From Rhizophagus irregularis (lineage: Eukaryota), in assembly GCF_026210795.1 (NCBI RefSeq), contig NC_089431.1:1178001-1242000 (forward strand): a stretch of DNA of 64,000 nt, in the 5' to 3' direction. Below the pieces are notes generated by a model. That model was not told the DNA's origin and searched no databases. It saw only the letters and a list, made by a program, of their open reading frames with translations. Position 1 is the stretch's first letter, and each line of letters begins with the position of its first letter. This document shows positions 37,016 to 49,281 of this stretch, piece after piece. Position numbers and translations under genes: made by a program.

Positions 37016-37258
37016 ATGGATTATAAATAAATAAAAATGTTAAATTCGTTAGTTTTTTTTATAAATAAATAATAAATTCGTTATAATAAATGCATTTTTT
37101 TTTTTGCAATTTTTTTTTTACATTTTTCATATCTACCATATTTTTGTAATTGATTTCGTCATTATCTTGGATTATGGATTATAAATAAATAATGTTTAAT
37201 TCGTTAATTTTTTTATAAATAAATAATAAATTCGTTATAATAAATACATTTTTTTTTT
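37016..37258. repeat. Local direct duplication of ~90 bp
   Basis: atggattataaataaata...aattcgttataataaat(g/a)cattttt at ~37016-37105 and ~37174-37258. Confidence 0.85.
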
Positions 37259-37411
37259 TAACTTGGATAATTGTTACATATTTATCGGTCAGCGTTTCAA
37301 GAATTAAATATGAATTTAAATGCATATGTAATGTAAATATAAATTTTGATAATTTTCATAATATAAAAAAATATACAAAAAAAAAAATGCTAATAAATTT
37401 TACCTACTTTG

Positions 37412-37512
37412 CCCTATAAAATAAAATTCTGGAAAAAACTCCGATAAATGATAGTTTTTATTCCGAAGAAACTCCGACAAGTGATCATTTTTCTGAAAAA
37501 TTTTTTATAGGG
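37412..37512. mobile_element. CCCTA..TAGGG MITE (CACTA/CMC-like)
   Basis: TIR ccctataaaa / ttttataggg, flanked by ttg and tcg (near-TSD). Inverted homolog of 39688-39798. Confidence 0.78.
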
Positions 37513-38069
37513 TCGACAAGGAGTTTTCATATATTAAACCTAAAAAATTTTGTTTAAAAATATGTATACATTTATTTATGTTATCCGTTATTTACGTTGT
37601 TGTCATTCGATGCTTTCATACTTAATCTATTGAAGATTGCTTTGTTTATAACAATTTGTCGCAGAAACTTTATTTTTTTCGAAATATAATGATTGTAAAT
37701 AAATGTTGAATTATTATATTTCACATTTTTATTTAACGGCATCCTTTATAATTTTATTAAATATTTTTTCTTTCATAAATTTACATAGATAGTAATGATG
37801 TATATATGCGTTTATATGATATATATTAATGAGACATCGTTAATTCGATCAAATTTTTATCTCTGCATTTTGACAATCTTCATCATGATAATTTTCATCT
37901 TAATCTAAATATGTATATATATTAGTAAGAAAGAAAAAATTTCGTTAAATATATATCAACCAAAACATAATGATGTTATAATACGCTCAATTTTTTGTTT
38001 GTATATTTTTAATATAAAACACGACAAGAACGAACAACTTATCCATTTTCTCACTAGATATTTTTTATA

Positions 38070-38862
38070 CGGTGCAGAACCTCTATAATAGGAACTTAAA
38101 AAAAATTGAATAAAATTTGATTTTATGATTGGATTTTAATTTTATAAAAAAAATTAAACTCTATTTATTAAAAGGAATTGATTTATAAAATAAAATAAAA
38201 AGTCTCAATTTTTCAGATTATGTAAGCATCACGTGATACATATATTAACCAATCAGAAATTAGAATTTTAGATATTAAAATTTATATAATATATTTATTT
38301 ATTGTATTTCATTATAAACTGATGAATCAGGTATATGATGATGAGATTTGTATTTTATTATATGTATTTTTTGATCAAATTAAAGTAAAATTACTTAGTT
38401 TTTGAATTTTTTCATTTATAAATTCATCTGAACTGTCTTTTAAATATTCACTTGATGGTATATAATTATAATCTATAACATTAAATTAACCTATATTTAA
38501 ACAACCTTATTTATTAAATCTTTTTTTGCAGTTTTAAAAATTTTTTTTCTTCTTAGCATATTAAAAAAAAAAATCTGTACATTAAATATGGCTAAAAAAA
38601 CTTGTAATACAAAAATTTAAACTAGTCTCAATTTTAACTAAATTTAATCAATATATTTAAATTACAGATTTTTAAACAGCTAAAACTCAGCCAAAATTTA
38701 ATTTAGAAAAAAAATAACCGATAATTTTTAAAGCTAATGGTCATATCTATAAAAATTATCGGTTAAATTTTTTAATTTAATATAAAAAAATTTTTTTTTA
38801 GGAATTTATAATCAATCAATTGTTATTATACATAAGTAGTTGAGTATAGAGGTTCTGCACTA
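38070..38862. mobile_element. Tc1/mariner (pogo-like) non-autonomous element
   Basis: TIR core gtgcagaacctctata / tatagaggttctgcac with TA on both sides. The interior is AT-rich and CpG-poor. Confidence 0.82.
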
Positions 38863-39353
38863 TAGATTTCCTTTTTATAAAAAGTTAAACATATTGTTGG
38901 ATTTTACCAATCGGTTGGACTTTGTGGTTAATACCTTTGGGTCATTTCATCCCACACATGTCGACGACGATCACTGTCGTTATGTGAACTTTGTGCGAAT
39001 CAAATAACTTACCACGGTAATTTGCCAATTTTTTAATTTCTTAATTCTGGTAAAATTAGCCAATTTTAACCGGATTTACATCTAGTGTAACACAAGTACC
39101 CGCAGGTAAAATTACTCGGGGAGTTAGACGTACGGTCGTACGGTATATGCTGCCAAAGTTCAAAATTGACGACATGTTCATGTAATAATCCAAAATAAGG
39201 TTCCACTTATAATTTAAGGAATTTATGTGAACTACATCCCGTTTCTCTATTTTTGAATGAAGATTGATGATTTTAAAAATTTGCAAGTTTTAAAAAAATC
39301 TAGTTATTTTGCTTTGCATTTATTGTATATTTATAGTGTTCCGAAAGGGTATT

Positions 39354-39630
39354 TAGGGGTCGGGTTGGAGTCGCACGATTTGATGACCCGTAACCCGCAT
39401 GAACTCGTCCTGGCCCGTCGGGGTTATACCTTTATTTTGACCCGGCGACCCGAATCTTTTTATTATATTTTTAACTAAAAAGTTAAATTTTTTTTATTTT
39501 AAATACAACCTGATGGGTCGAACCCGGGTTATCCGAGTCAGACTATAATTGGATCAAGTCGAATCCGGGTCATTACTTTTACGCTCGGGTCGATTTCGAA
39601 TACACCTCAAAACTCGACCCGACTCCCTTA
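39354..39630. mobile_element. hAT-like MITE with GACCCG/CGGGTC subterminal motifs
   Basis: Imperfect TIR taggggtcgggttggag / ctcgacccgactccctta. A GC-rich island with many gacccg motifs. No TSD seen. Confidence 0.6.
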
Positions 39631-39687
39631 TTATATATACGTATTCTTTTTTAAAAATTTATCTTGTATTTGAAGGTGGCGTGACAA

Positions 39688-39798
39688 CCCTATAAAAAAT
39701 ATTTTAGAAAATTGATCACATCGAAATTTTTTTGGAATGAAAACTAAAAAAAAATGATCATTTGTCGGAATTTTTCTCAGAAAAATTTTTTATTAGGG
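39688..39798. mobile_element. CCCTA..TAGGG MITE (CACTA/CMC-like)
   Basis: ccctataaaaaa...tttttattaggg with a 3-bp TSD CAA (39685-39687, 39799-39801). Confidence 0.82.
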
Positions 39799-40585
39799 CA
39801 AATGAGACGTTAAAAGGAGACACTTTTCAAAATTGTGCTACCCCCCTATAGATCATCTAATAAAAAAATTATTACCAGACAAAAATTGGACAATATTGTC
39901 CTGTAATCATCCTGTAATCGTCTGCAATTATAATCACTCAATAATCATAAGATAATGAAAAAACCCACTTTTATAAATTAAATAATCGGAATATTAGTAT
40001 ATTTAATAATAAATACAAGTATAGTATCGTGTTTAAGTGTTACATAAATATTTGGAACTAGTAGACTAAGAAATACAAAAATGTAATTAATTTATTGTAA
40101 AGAAAAAAAAATAACATATAATAAATATAAGAATGAAATAAATATATAAATACAAATAAATTATAATACTAGATATACGAAATAAAATAAAGATATATAT
40201 ATATATATATGTCAATATGCTAGATATCAGTTTCTACAACAGATGCAGCATTTATGATCGTGTATATTATTTCTCTTTCTTTCCAATAATTTTCTCGAGA
40301 TTTATGAGAAAATAGATACGAACCTTCTTTTTTATGATAATGATACAATTTGTTATTGATTTTAACTCCACAATAAAACTTTCATAGTCATTAAGAAATT
40401 TTAGATGGAAGAAAAACGTGATTTTACCTTATTCATTTAATTCAATGATCAAAATTTTCTGAAGCTATATAATTGAACAATAGCATATCGTTAAATAAAA
40501 CATAATAATAATAACAATAATTACTTACTTTAAATAATCACTATCTCGTTATCATTGCTAAGTAACTTAATATATAATAAATACA

Positions 40586-42269
40586 TTAATTGTGCAAGTG
40601 TCTTACAGACATTCTGACTATTTTTTCATTTATATAGAAGTATGATTTTAAAAACATTATTTTAAATAAAATTTAAACATTACCTGAATCTGAAGAATTT
40701 ATTGGTTCTGAAAGATTTTGAAAATCTAAAAGTTTACTAACATAAAATGCTTGAGAATGAATACTAATATTTTTAGACTTATTTTTATTTGATCCACTTT
40801 TATATTCATTTTCTCTAATTTGTTTCCATTCCTTTACTTGAGAAAAAATTTCACTATCATTATTCAATTTTTCATCGTCCCATTCTTTTAACATTTGATA
40901 TAATTCTTTAATAGTTGGTCTATTTTCAGCTTTGGAATCCCAACATTTTACAATTAAATCTTCAAATAATTTTGGAGTACCTTTGTAAATTTTTGGTCTA
41001 AATCCTTTACATATGTTCTCGGCCAAAATATAATCGTGAGGAATATCACTAAATGGAATTTCTTCAGATATAAATTCGTTCATTATGACTCCAAATGAAA
41101 AAATATCCGATTCTTTTGTATATTGATGGTTACGTAGAACTTCTGGTGCCGTATAAGGAAGAACCCCATAAATTTGTCCTTTAATTGATTGCTCTTTATT
41201 TGCTGGTTGGCAAATTCCCACATCACTTATATAAGGATAATAATTTTTAAACAATATATTGCCCGGATGAAAATTTTTATGAACTTTATCAGCATCATGG
41301 ATATTCATAAGACCTTTCGCAATTGCCAATAAATCATAAATTTTTGAATTATATTCGGGTTGCTGATTTAAATAATAATGTCTCAAATTTCCATCCATAC
41401 AATATTCTAAAACCACCATATAATCTTTGGTATTTGGATCTTGAGTAATTCCATAATATGAAATAATATTCTCAAAATAAATATGAAGTTGAGACTTTAT
41501 CTAGTAACAAAAGTGAAAATTTTAGATTATATATATATATATATATTACGATTATAAAATTATTATCACGGTATTTTTTTTTAAATTACCTCATCTAAAA
41601 ATTCAGTACTTATATCAAAAGAATGATTCAAACTTTTTAATACAACACGTTTATTTGAAGACCTTATCCATTTTTGACTTTCAATAGACCAACATTCAAT
41701 ATAACCATCATGCCAATCAGCCGCATAAATTTTACCAAATCCTCCTTCGTCTACATAAGTAACATTTTGAAAATTTTCAAAAGGTATCCACTCAAGACAT
41801 TTTGTGTAATATACAGCATTAAGCTGTGAATATTGTAATAATTCATCAATCTCTTTATTTTCACTAGTCCAATTTTCAAAATTTTCCTGAAGTCTTTTTG
41901 AATTACAAAATTGACACCATTTTTTCCCTGTTCCAGGTTCATTACATTCTCCACATATTCCATATACTTCTTCTCTTTTTTCTAAATCTTCCATGTAAAC
42001 TACTCCTTTATTTGTAATTTCTTCTTCTAATATAATAGTTGGATCAATAGAAGGAGAAATTGTGACATGAACCTTTTTTTTAAAAAAAAAATAAAGAAAA
42101 AAAATATATATCATTATTATTTTAAATACATATTATAATAATAATCGATAACAAATAAAAATAGAATAAAATTTTTTACTTGATATTTACTACTATCAAC
42201 ATATCTCCATGAATTTTTTGGTTTTTCTTTGGACGTTTCTTTCGAGACTTCCATACTAAATTGTTCCAT
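40586..42269 (-). CDS. TKL-like protein kinase K1 with N-terminal CxxC..CxxC; probable pseudokinase
   Basis: Exons ~42269(or 42254)-42180, 42072-41590 and 41500-40684; 3' exons uncertain. Motifs GGFGKIY and VVLK, but HKNFHPGN replaces HKD and SDVG replaces DLG. Confidence 0.85.
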
Positions 42270-42331
42270 ACTATAATTGGATTTAATAATTGTTGTTAAT
42301 GAACTTTTTCGATTTTTTAAAAGTATATTTA

Positions 42332-42505
42332 TCGCCATTTTCAAAATGGTGTACGCAGTTTATTTGTGATTGTATATTTGAATACCAATATTCGCCCGGT
42401 TTTCATTCGGTTTTTGTCCATATTTCGTCCGGTTTTTCGTCCGGTTTTCGGGTTTCTTTTTTTTTTATTCAAATTTAACTGCGTACATCATTTTGAAAAC
42501 GGCGA
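42332..42505. mobile_element. MITE with ~29-bp TIR and TA flanks (Tc1/mariner-type), just upstream of kinase K1
   Basis: tcgccattttcaaaatggtgtacgcagtt / aactgcgtacatcattttgaaaacggcga, with TA at 42330-42331 and 42506-42507. Confidence 0.85.
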
Positions 42506-43887
42506 TAATCCAAAAAAATAAATTTACCTCGAAAAATGAAATTCGTTATAAAGTATTTAGAGTTGTTTTATAGATAAAAGAACAATAATACGCACGGAGT
42601 ACGGACTCTCGGAGTTTGTCAATAGATGTTGCGCCATATACCACGTGAATTAAGTAGTTACGGTATTTTCCGAGGGCTACCGTAAAATTCGGAAAAACTC
42701 CTTTAACGATATGTTTTCTTTGTATGCTTAAAAAGCACTTGATTGAAAAATAGCTAATCGAATGTCGGTTTTTTTTTCTTCAAAGATTCTATATTTTCGA
42801 TGATCGATCCGCATCATGACGATCAATCAAATTATATATATATATATATATTCAAATTTGTTTAATCATTAGCCAGATTATATACTTTTTTTTCCGTTGG
42901 GCTTAGCTTAAATATTTTGCTTATACTTTCCTATTTTATAAAATAATAGTAATTTTTTTTTTTGATAAATCAGAAGATTTTTCCTTCGAATTTTCGAATT
43001 CTTTTAAGTGACAAAGTGACTCCTAATTTTTTTTTCTCGCAGCTTGTTTACGGAGGTTTTTCGGAATTCGGATCTAGACGGAGAGTCATACCTTTGTTGT
43101 GAAACAGTGATACAAATCATAACATAGAATTTGCAATCCAAAAAGTTTCATTTGTGGTATTCATATGCACTTTGATTTTTAATTTAAACCCATAAGATTA
43201 TTTCCGACTTTTTTTTTTTCACCGTTCATTAAAATCCAGATTCTGAGATTTTTAGAATTTACATTACTAAGTTTCTGTATAACCTTCGTTGTTCTTGTGT
43301 CATGATGGAACCAATAAAAAACAAATCTTGATATATAAAATAATAATAATAATAATAATATTGTTTATACTACGGGTACGGGTACTACGGGTACTACGGG
43401 GGTACAAACACAGCTGCAAAAAAAAAAAATTTTTTTTTTACAAAATTTTTCCGCATTTTATACATCAAAATATTGTAAATATTTATTACCAAACAAATAA
43501 TACCAAATAAATATTACTAATGTCAAAATTTTTTTTTGCGGTTATAATATTTATTTAATTGAAATAAAAAGTAATTCCGACGCATATTTTTCTTTGAATC
43601 AATTCAAAACAATTAAAAAAAAAAATAGTTATTTTTAGTCATGCATGTACGGAATGTGCATTTGATGTAATTATATACGATGGTTGATAATCGCATACGT
43701 CATTACTATCCAAGAAGACTTAATAAATCACGTGCCATTTGATTTTGGAAATACGTATAATATAAAAAATGAGCACAATACAAAAATAAATTATTATAAA
43801 CAAAATAAATATACAAATATCTAAACAATATAACTCTAACGCGTTAACATATTATATTTCCTAGTCACTTGATATTAATCATCATGG

Positions 43888-44409
43888 TTAATAAAACGAT
43901 TGTTCTAATTGTTTGTTCAGCAATTTCTTTCTCTGATCCGTCTTTATTTGACCCACCTTTTCGCTATACGAATTTTTCACGGTTATTGGCTGTTTACTCC
44001 AGCAAAAACTTGCTAATTTTGAGAACTGTTTCATAGTGAAGTTATAACCTGATTGTTTCAGATGTGACATGTATTTTTTTTAATTGTCCCGAAAGATCTT
44101 TATAATAACCTTTCACATTTTCAGGTTCACTATTCCACAAAAGGGCCGCGAAGGGAGAGAGTAGTTGCATAGGTATTATTAATTTTCTTGTTTTCAGATA
44201 ATTAGTGAAATATATTCGATACATTATGAAACCATTACCTGCGTTCATTTTACTCAAATCGATAATTTTATTTTCATTTTTGTTGACATATTCTTCTACT
44301 TTTATGTATGGAGGAAAAATCGGTCTGTAATACTCAAGAATTAAATTATTAAGTAGTCATCATACAAGGCTTGTGAGTATGAAGGATCATTATAAAGTAT
44401 TGTAGTCAT
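43888..44409 (-). pseudogene. MATA-type HMG-box gene with two tandem boxes, frameshifted
   Basis: Box 1 is NGFIMYR...MQLLSPFAALLWNSEPENVKGYYKDLS. Box 2 (partial, other frame) is MKQFSKLASFCWSKQPITVKNSY. Upstream RPIFPP motif. The ATG at 44409 is out of frame with box 1. Confidence 0.75.
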
Positions 44410-45259
44410 AATATATCATAAGATATATTATTATGATCTAAATAATATAAAAAAAATTTGGTTTATAAAGGGTTTCAAATGGCTTATTTTCTAACGTATA
44501 ATCTTCATCTTTGCTAGTGTCTTATTTCAAAACTTATTATTTAAAGACATTTTTTTTTATATACGAAAAAAAAAATACCGGAGTTTAACTGACTTTCTAA
44601 ATGTTACACGACAGTTCTTAATAAAGTAACCTATGAAAGAGAAAGAAAAGTTTAACCTAATCAAACATAACGCCATAATAACGCCTAATCAACTTATCAA
44701 AAAAATCAACGTAAAAATGGAAATATGGAAATGTCGGATAAACAAAAACCAAATTTACAATTTTCCGCTTTTCCTTTTTATGATGCATTGCTTAAACTTG
44801 TATAAAAAAACGGGCGTTATATTTATATCTATATATCTATATTTACCTGAGTCCAGATTTAACTGTATTTGTGTTTGATTGAAAAAAAACTGTACATTTT
44901 GATTAACGTACATTATGAAAGAATAAAGGAAATCTGTAACACAACCTTTCATCACTAGGTTTCTTTGTGTAGTTTCCCATTTTGGAAAATCACAAAATAG
45001 ATATTTGTTTCCCTCATAAAAATACTTTTGTTTGATTTTTATTTCGTACTAAAATCCTTTTTTTCTACCATTTTCATATTATGGATTATAACTAAAAAGG
45101 TCTAACCGTTTTCTTTCATGAAAAAGTCTTTCTCTTTTTTTTTTAAAAAAAAAAAATTCGCATAGAAAACATTTATATAATAAATATATTATGATACTGT
45201 AGGAAAAAAAAATATTTATTATTCATTATACATATTACTATCCTTAACTTCATTGTAAA

Positions 45260-46035
45260 ATGCCACCTCACAAAAAAATGAGATCGAGAACGGAAGGAGA
45301 CGTTATTAAATCAGGACCATATACCAACGAGGTAGATGTATTTATTACTTTAACTCGATACTTTTTTTTATGGAGAACGAAGAAAAGGTATTAATCGTGA
45401 TTTTAATTTTTCAATAAATTTTATATAGGAGGATGCTCAACTTATAGAATTATATGAACAACATTCTGATAAAGTAGATAAGTGGAAAATAATCGCAGGT
45501 AATTTAAATCGTAATTATAAAAGTATTCGTGAGCGGTGAGTTTTATAATGATTACATTCGAAAATACAAAAAAATATTTTTATTTCCCCTTTATTTAATT
45601 TTACTAAACTTTCTATTACCGTTAACGTCGTACATACTAGATATGTCAATCATTTGGATCAAACTAGTTTGTATCTTGCTTTCACAAACAACTTACTTGA
45701 ATTATTTTTTGATTACGCGAAAACACTATACTAACACTCAAACTCGTTTTGTCAACGCAATAGTTGATAAATCAGACCTAACAGCCGATGAAAAACGCGA
45801 GATTGATGATCTTCAAACTAACCCATGTTATAATAAGAAATATCGCAACAAGTGGCCAGAAATAGCAAAGAAATTATCATTAAATAGAAAACAAGGTAGA
45901 AGAACAGAATTACAAATTAAAAATTATTGGAATAGTAAAGAACGAACTCAAAAACGTAAAAATAAAAATAAGGAACGAAGTTATGAACGAATTTCAAACA
46001 TCATGAATATAAAAAATATTATAAGAGACGTTTAA
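45260..46035 (+). CDS. Two-repeat Myb/SANT transcription factor; 4 exons
   Basis: Exons 45260-45331, 45429-45535, 45641-45666 and 45764-46035 give GPYTNEEDAQLIELY...KWKIIAGNLNRNYKSIRERYVNHLD, then LTADEK...KWPEIAKKL...RTELQIKNYWNS. Confidence 0.92.
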
Positions 46036-46854
46036 TCAAATTCATTCTTTTAAATTATTATCATCCGGTTTTTAATTATTGAGATTATAATAAATTCAAT
46101 AAATCTTTTCCTAAAAAAAAAAGATATAAGATTCATTAGAATATATAAAATTTTTTATCGCAAAAAAAAATGATAATTAGTAATCCGGATTAACTGATTT
46201 TTAAATTTTATGAAATTATTTGTATCTCTTATGGCAAGCAATGTTTAAAACTCATCCATTAAACACTAAATCATTTTAGGATGAGCTAATAGGCATTCAT
46301 TTAAAAAAAATGCAATACGATTTTTTTGAATTCTTACTGTATATGCATACTGTACCGCATATAGTGTAAAGGTAAAAATAATGCCCTTCAAATACTCTTA
46401 CTTTAATGTATAATGTAATTTTGACTCAGTGTTTCATATATTAACAAAATCAATAACCATTTGTTTATTTGTTAGACTTGAAATAAACATTCACCGGGAA
46501 AATATCACGCGATAATGCGGGAACGCTTAAAGTTAAATACAGTATATATATTTGAATACTACCACTTTGATGCGTAGTAAAAATAATATTTTCTTGCATC
46601 GGAAAAAAGTTATATAAAAAATCGACAAACTAAATATAAACGAATGATTTTTTTTTTAGACGCTGCGTGCCATTCAAAAATTGATTTTATAATGAGTTTT
46701 CAAATTAGGTATAGTGACAAACATGATTTGCCTTCGGACATAAATACTCCGAAATCCGAAATCCGTAAATCGTTCGAAATTCTCAAATTCAATTCACTTT
46801 AAAATTGATTATAACAATAATAATATATTATTGTTTTATTTATTAATTTAAGAA

Positions 46855-47595
46855 GGTGTATGTTACAATATATAATATCGGAAAGGATAGATGATAAAAT
46901 AGGTTGTACAGAAGACTTAGCAAAAGAAAAAAAAAAATATATGTTATACGTGGAGAACGTAATAAAACTGGCACAGGAAGTCATTGGCGTCTAAAAGGTT
47001 TAAGAACAATTTTAAAAATTGAACAAAATGGAAATAAAGATATCGATGATTTAATAACTTGATGCTGCGTACTTTTAAAATTCGAATGAATACTTTTTAA
47101 ATTAGGCAAATTAATTTTTTAAATTATCTTACGTTGCATTTAAATTGTTATTTTGATTTTATACTATTTAATTTTAGATTAAAATCGTCAAATTTATTTT
47201 GAGGTGTTACGGCCGTTACGAAATAATAACTCACGCAACAACTGAGAAAGTCTATTGAGTACTACCTCATATGGCAACAGAAGTTTTACGTGGATATCAA
47301 TATACAAAAGCAGCAAATATTTGAATAGTTATGTCATCAACTCAAGGATGTAATAGTTATGTATTCTATGCAGCTGAAAACAAACGTATAAGATTGATTG
47401 ATACTCCTGGAATAGGAGATACTAGGAATGAGTACTTTTTCGAAGACATTCCTTTTAATGATATTCTTTATGATTATATTTTGGCTGTTTAAAATATGTA
47501 AAGGACTCAGAGCAAAACTTTCTGAAGATATTCCGCAGATTTAATTATGAAATGTTGAGATGCTAAAATAGGAAATAGTCCAACTACTAATAATT
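46855..47595 (+). pseudogene. Heavily degraded TKL-like kinase K2 containing a P-loop GTPase fragment
   Basis: Remnants EDLAKEKK, NKDIDDLI, VLPHMATEVLRGYQYTKAANI and EDIPFNDI with stops and deletions. 47331-47426 reads MSSTQGCNSYVFYAAENKRIRLIDTPGIGDTR. Confidence 0.85.
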
Positions 47596-47790
47596 GCATA
47601 AAAAATAAAAAATGTAAAAACATCAAAACTGACATTCAAAACCTTTATTGACATACTAAGAAAAATACTAGAGTTTCAAAGTCCGCAATGTTTTTATTGT
47701 AAATCTAATTAAGGGTGAACTTTTCCTTATCAAAATATATATATTCTTTAATAAGTTTTAAAATTATTATTTACTTTTTATGCATTATAC

Positions 47791-48027
47791 TAGGACCCAG
47801 AAATATATATAAAAGAGTCAGGTTTGAGTTTGCGTATTTTGAACTAAAAAAAATCATGAAAATCTTTCCTTTTTTAGATAATTTTTGATAATTTCAGTCA
47901 GAATATTATTTCCTATTATAGTAACCGACTGACATTATCATAATTCCGGCCCTGAAAAAATGCGTACAGCTCATAGTAAAAAATTTTTTTCATCACCTGA
48001 CCCCTATATATATATTTCTGGGTCCTA
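47791..48027. mobile_element. MITE with ~21-bp TIR and apparent 6-bp TSD
   Basis: taggacccagaaatatatata / tatatatttctgggtccta, with ttatac at 47785-47790 and 48028-48033. Confidence 0.82.
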
Positions 48028-49281
48028 TTATACTGTATTCTTATCATTTGCTTCTAATAAGAGATGTTAGCTGACATTCTGTTTTCTTATCGATATGATA
48101 ATAAATACACAAGCGCATGTGTACCAAACCTATAATTATAAGTATTTCATGTCAAAAGTTTACAAGTCTAAGGCATCTCACCAAGTCTACGGCAAAAGTC
48201 ATGTGACGCCACTGACGTTGACGCTAAAAAAGTTGACGTAACCATAAAGTTGTATCCCTACATCTAATCAATTGATCTTAATGAAATTAATTAAGCAAGG
48301 TAAAACAATATTGAATGATAAATTTTAATTGGTGCTTTAAGGTTTTAACTTATTATTTTTTAAAATTATTAATTTTTTAATATTAACATTCATTTATCTC
48401 ATTCATCGATTAAATATATTATTATCATAATTTTTTATTCTAAGATCTTTGTGTTGACACTTAAACGATAAAATCTTGGGCTAGCTAGTCCAAATAAACA
48501 TTGGCGGAATTATTGATAAAACTTAAATAAATTGCTTTTGTTTATCATTTAAGCGTTAAACATTTTAGGAAAACAAGTTAACTCCGACAATTTCTATATC
48601 AATAAAATTACCTAATCATGACTAACAGTATTTGTAAATAAATCTATAACTAAAATAATACAACAAATATACTGTGCATAATATATAATAATCAATAGTA
48701 CGAAAATATAATCAATCAGTCACTGCGAATTAGGGGTGAGATTGGTGCACACTTACGATTGGACAAACCTTATGCATCATTACATCATTTACCAATTTAT
48801 TTTTCTTACGCAACTTTCAGGGCCAGAATTACATAATGTCAGCTGGCATTATCCAAAAAGGAAAGGTCCGTATTTAAGACTTCTAAAAATAGATTTTACT
48901 AATTTAACACGTCACAACACGTCACAGCACGTGACCGTCACATACCATGTGACAAATAGGATTTTGACTAACGAAAAAAAAAACCGGATGGTGGTGACAA
49001 ATAAAATCTATTTTTAGAATCGGGGCGGGATGCCGGGATGACTAAAAGACCGAAAATTCTTACCTTTTTAAGGGATTATTTATTATTTATATAACAGATA
49101 AAGTATAAATTTGTGCGTTCTCATATAAACAATACATTTATTAAAAAGTATAAAAAGTATAAATTCATATAAACATTATATTTATTTATAAAAAATATAA
49201 AAAGTATAAATTTGTGCATTCTCATATCAACGGTCAAAAAAAATTTCAACTATCCGTCCAATTAAACAATACATTTTGACT

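Noticed and set aside
43888..44409. Mating-type locus
   Set aside because: MATA-HMG genes are a large dispersed family in these fungi. This copy is broken, and no homeodomain pair or typical flanking genes are present.
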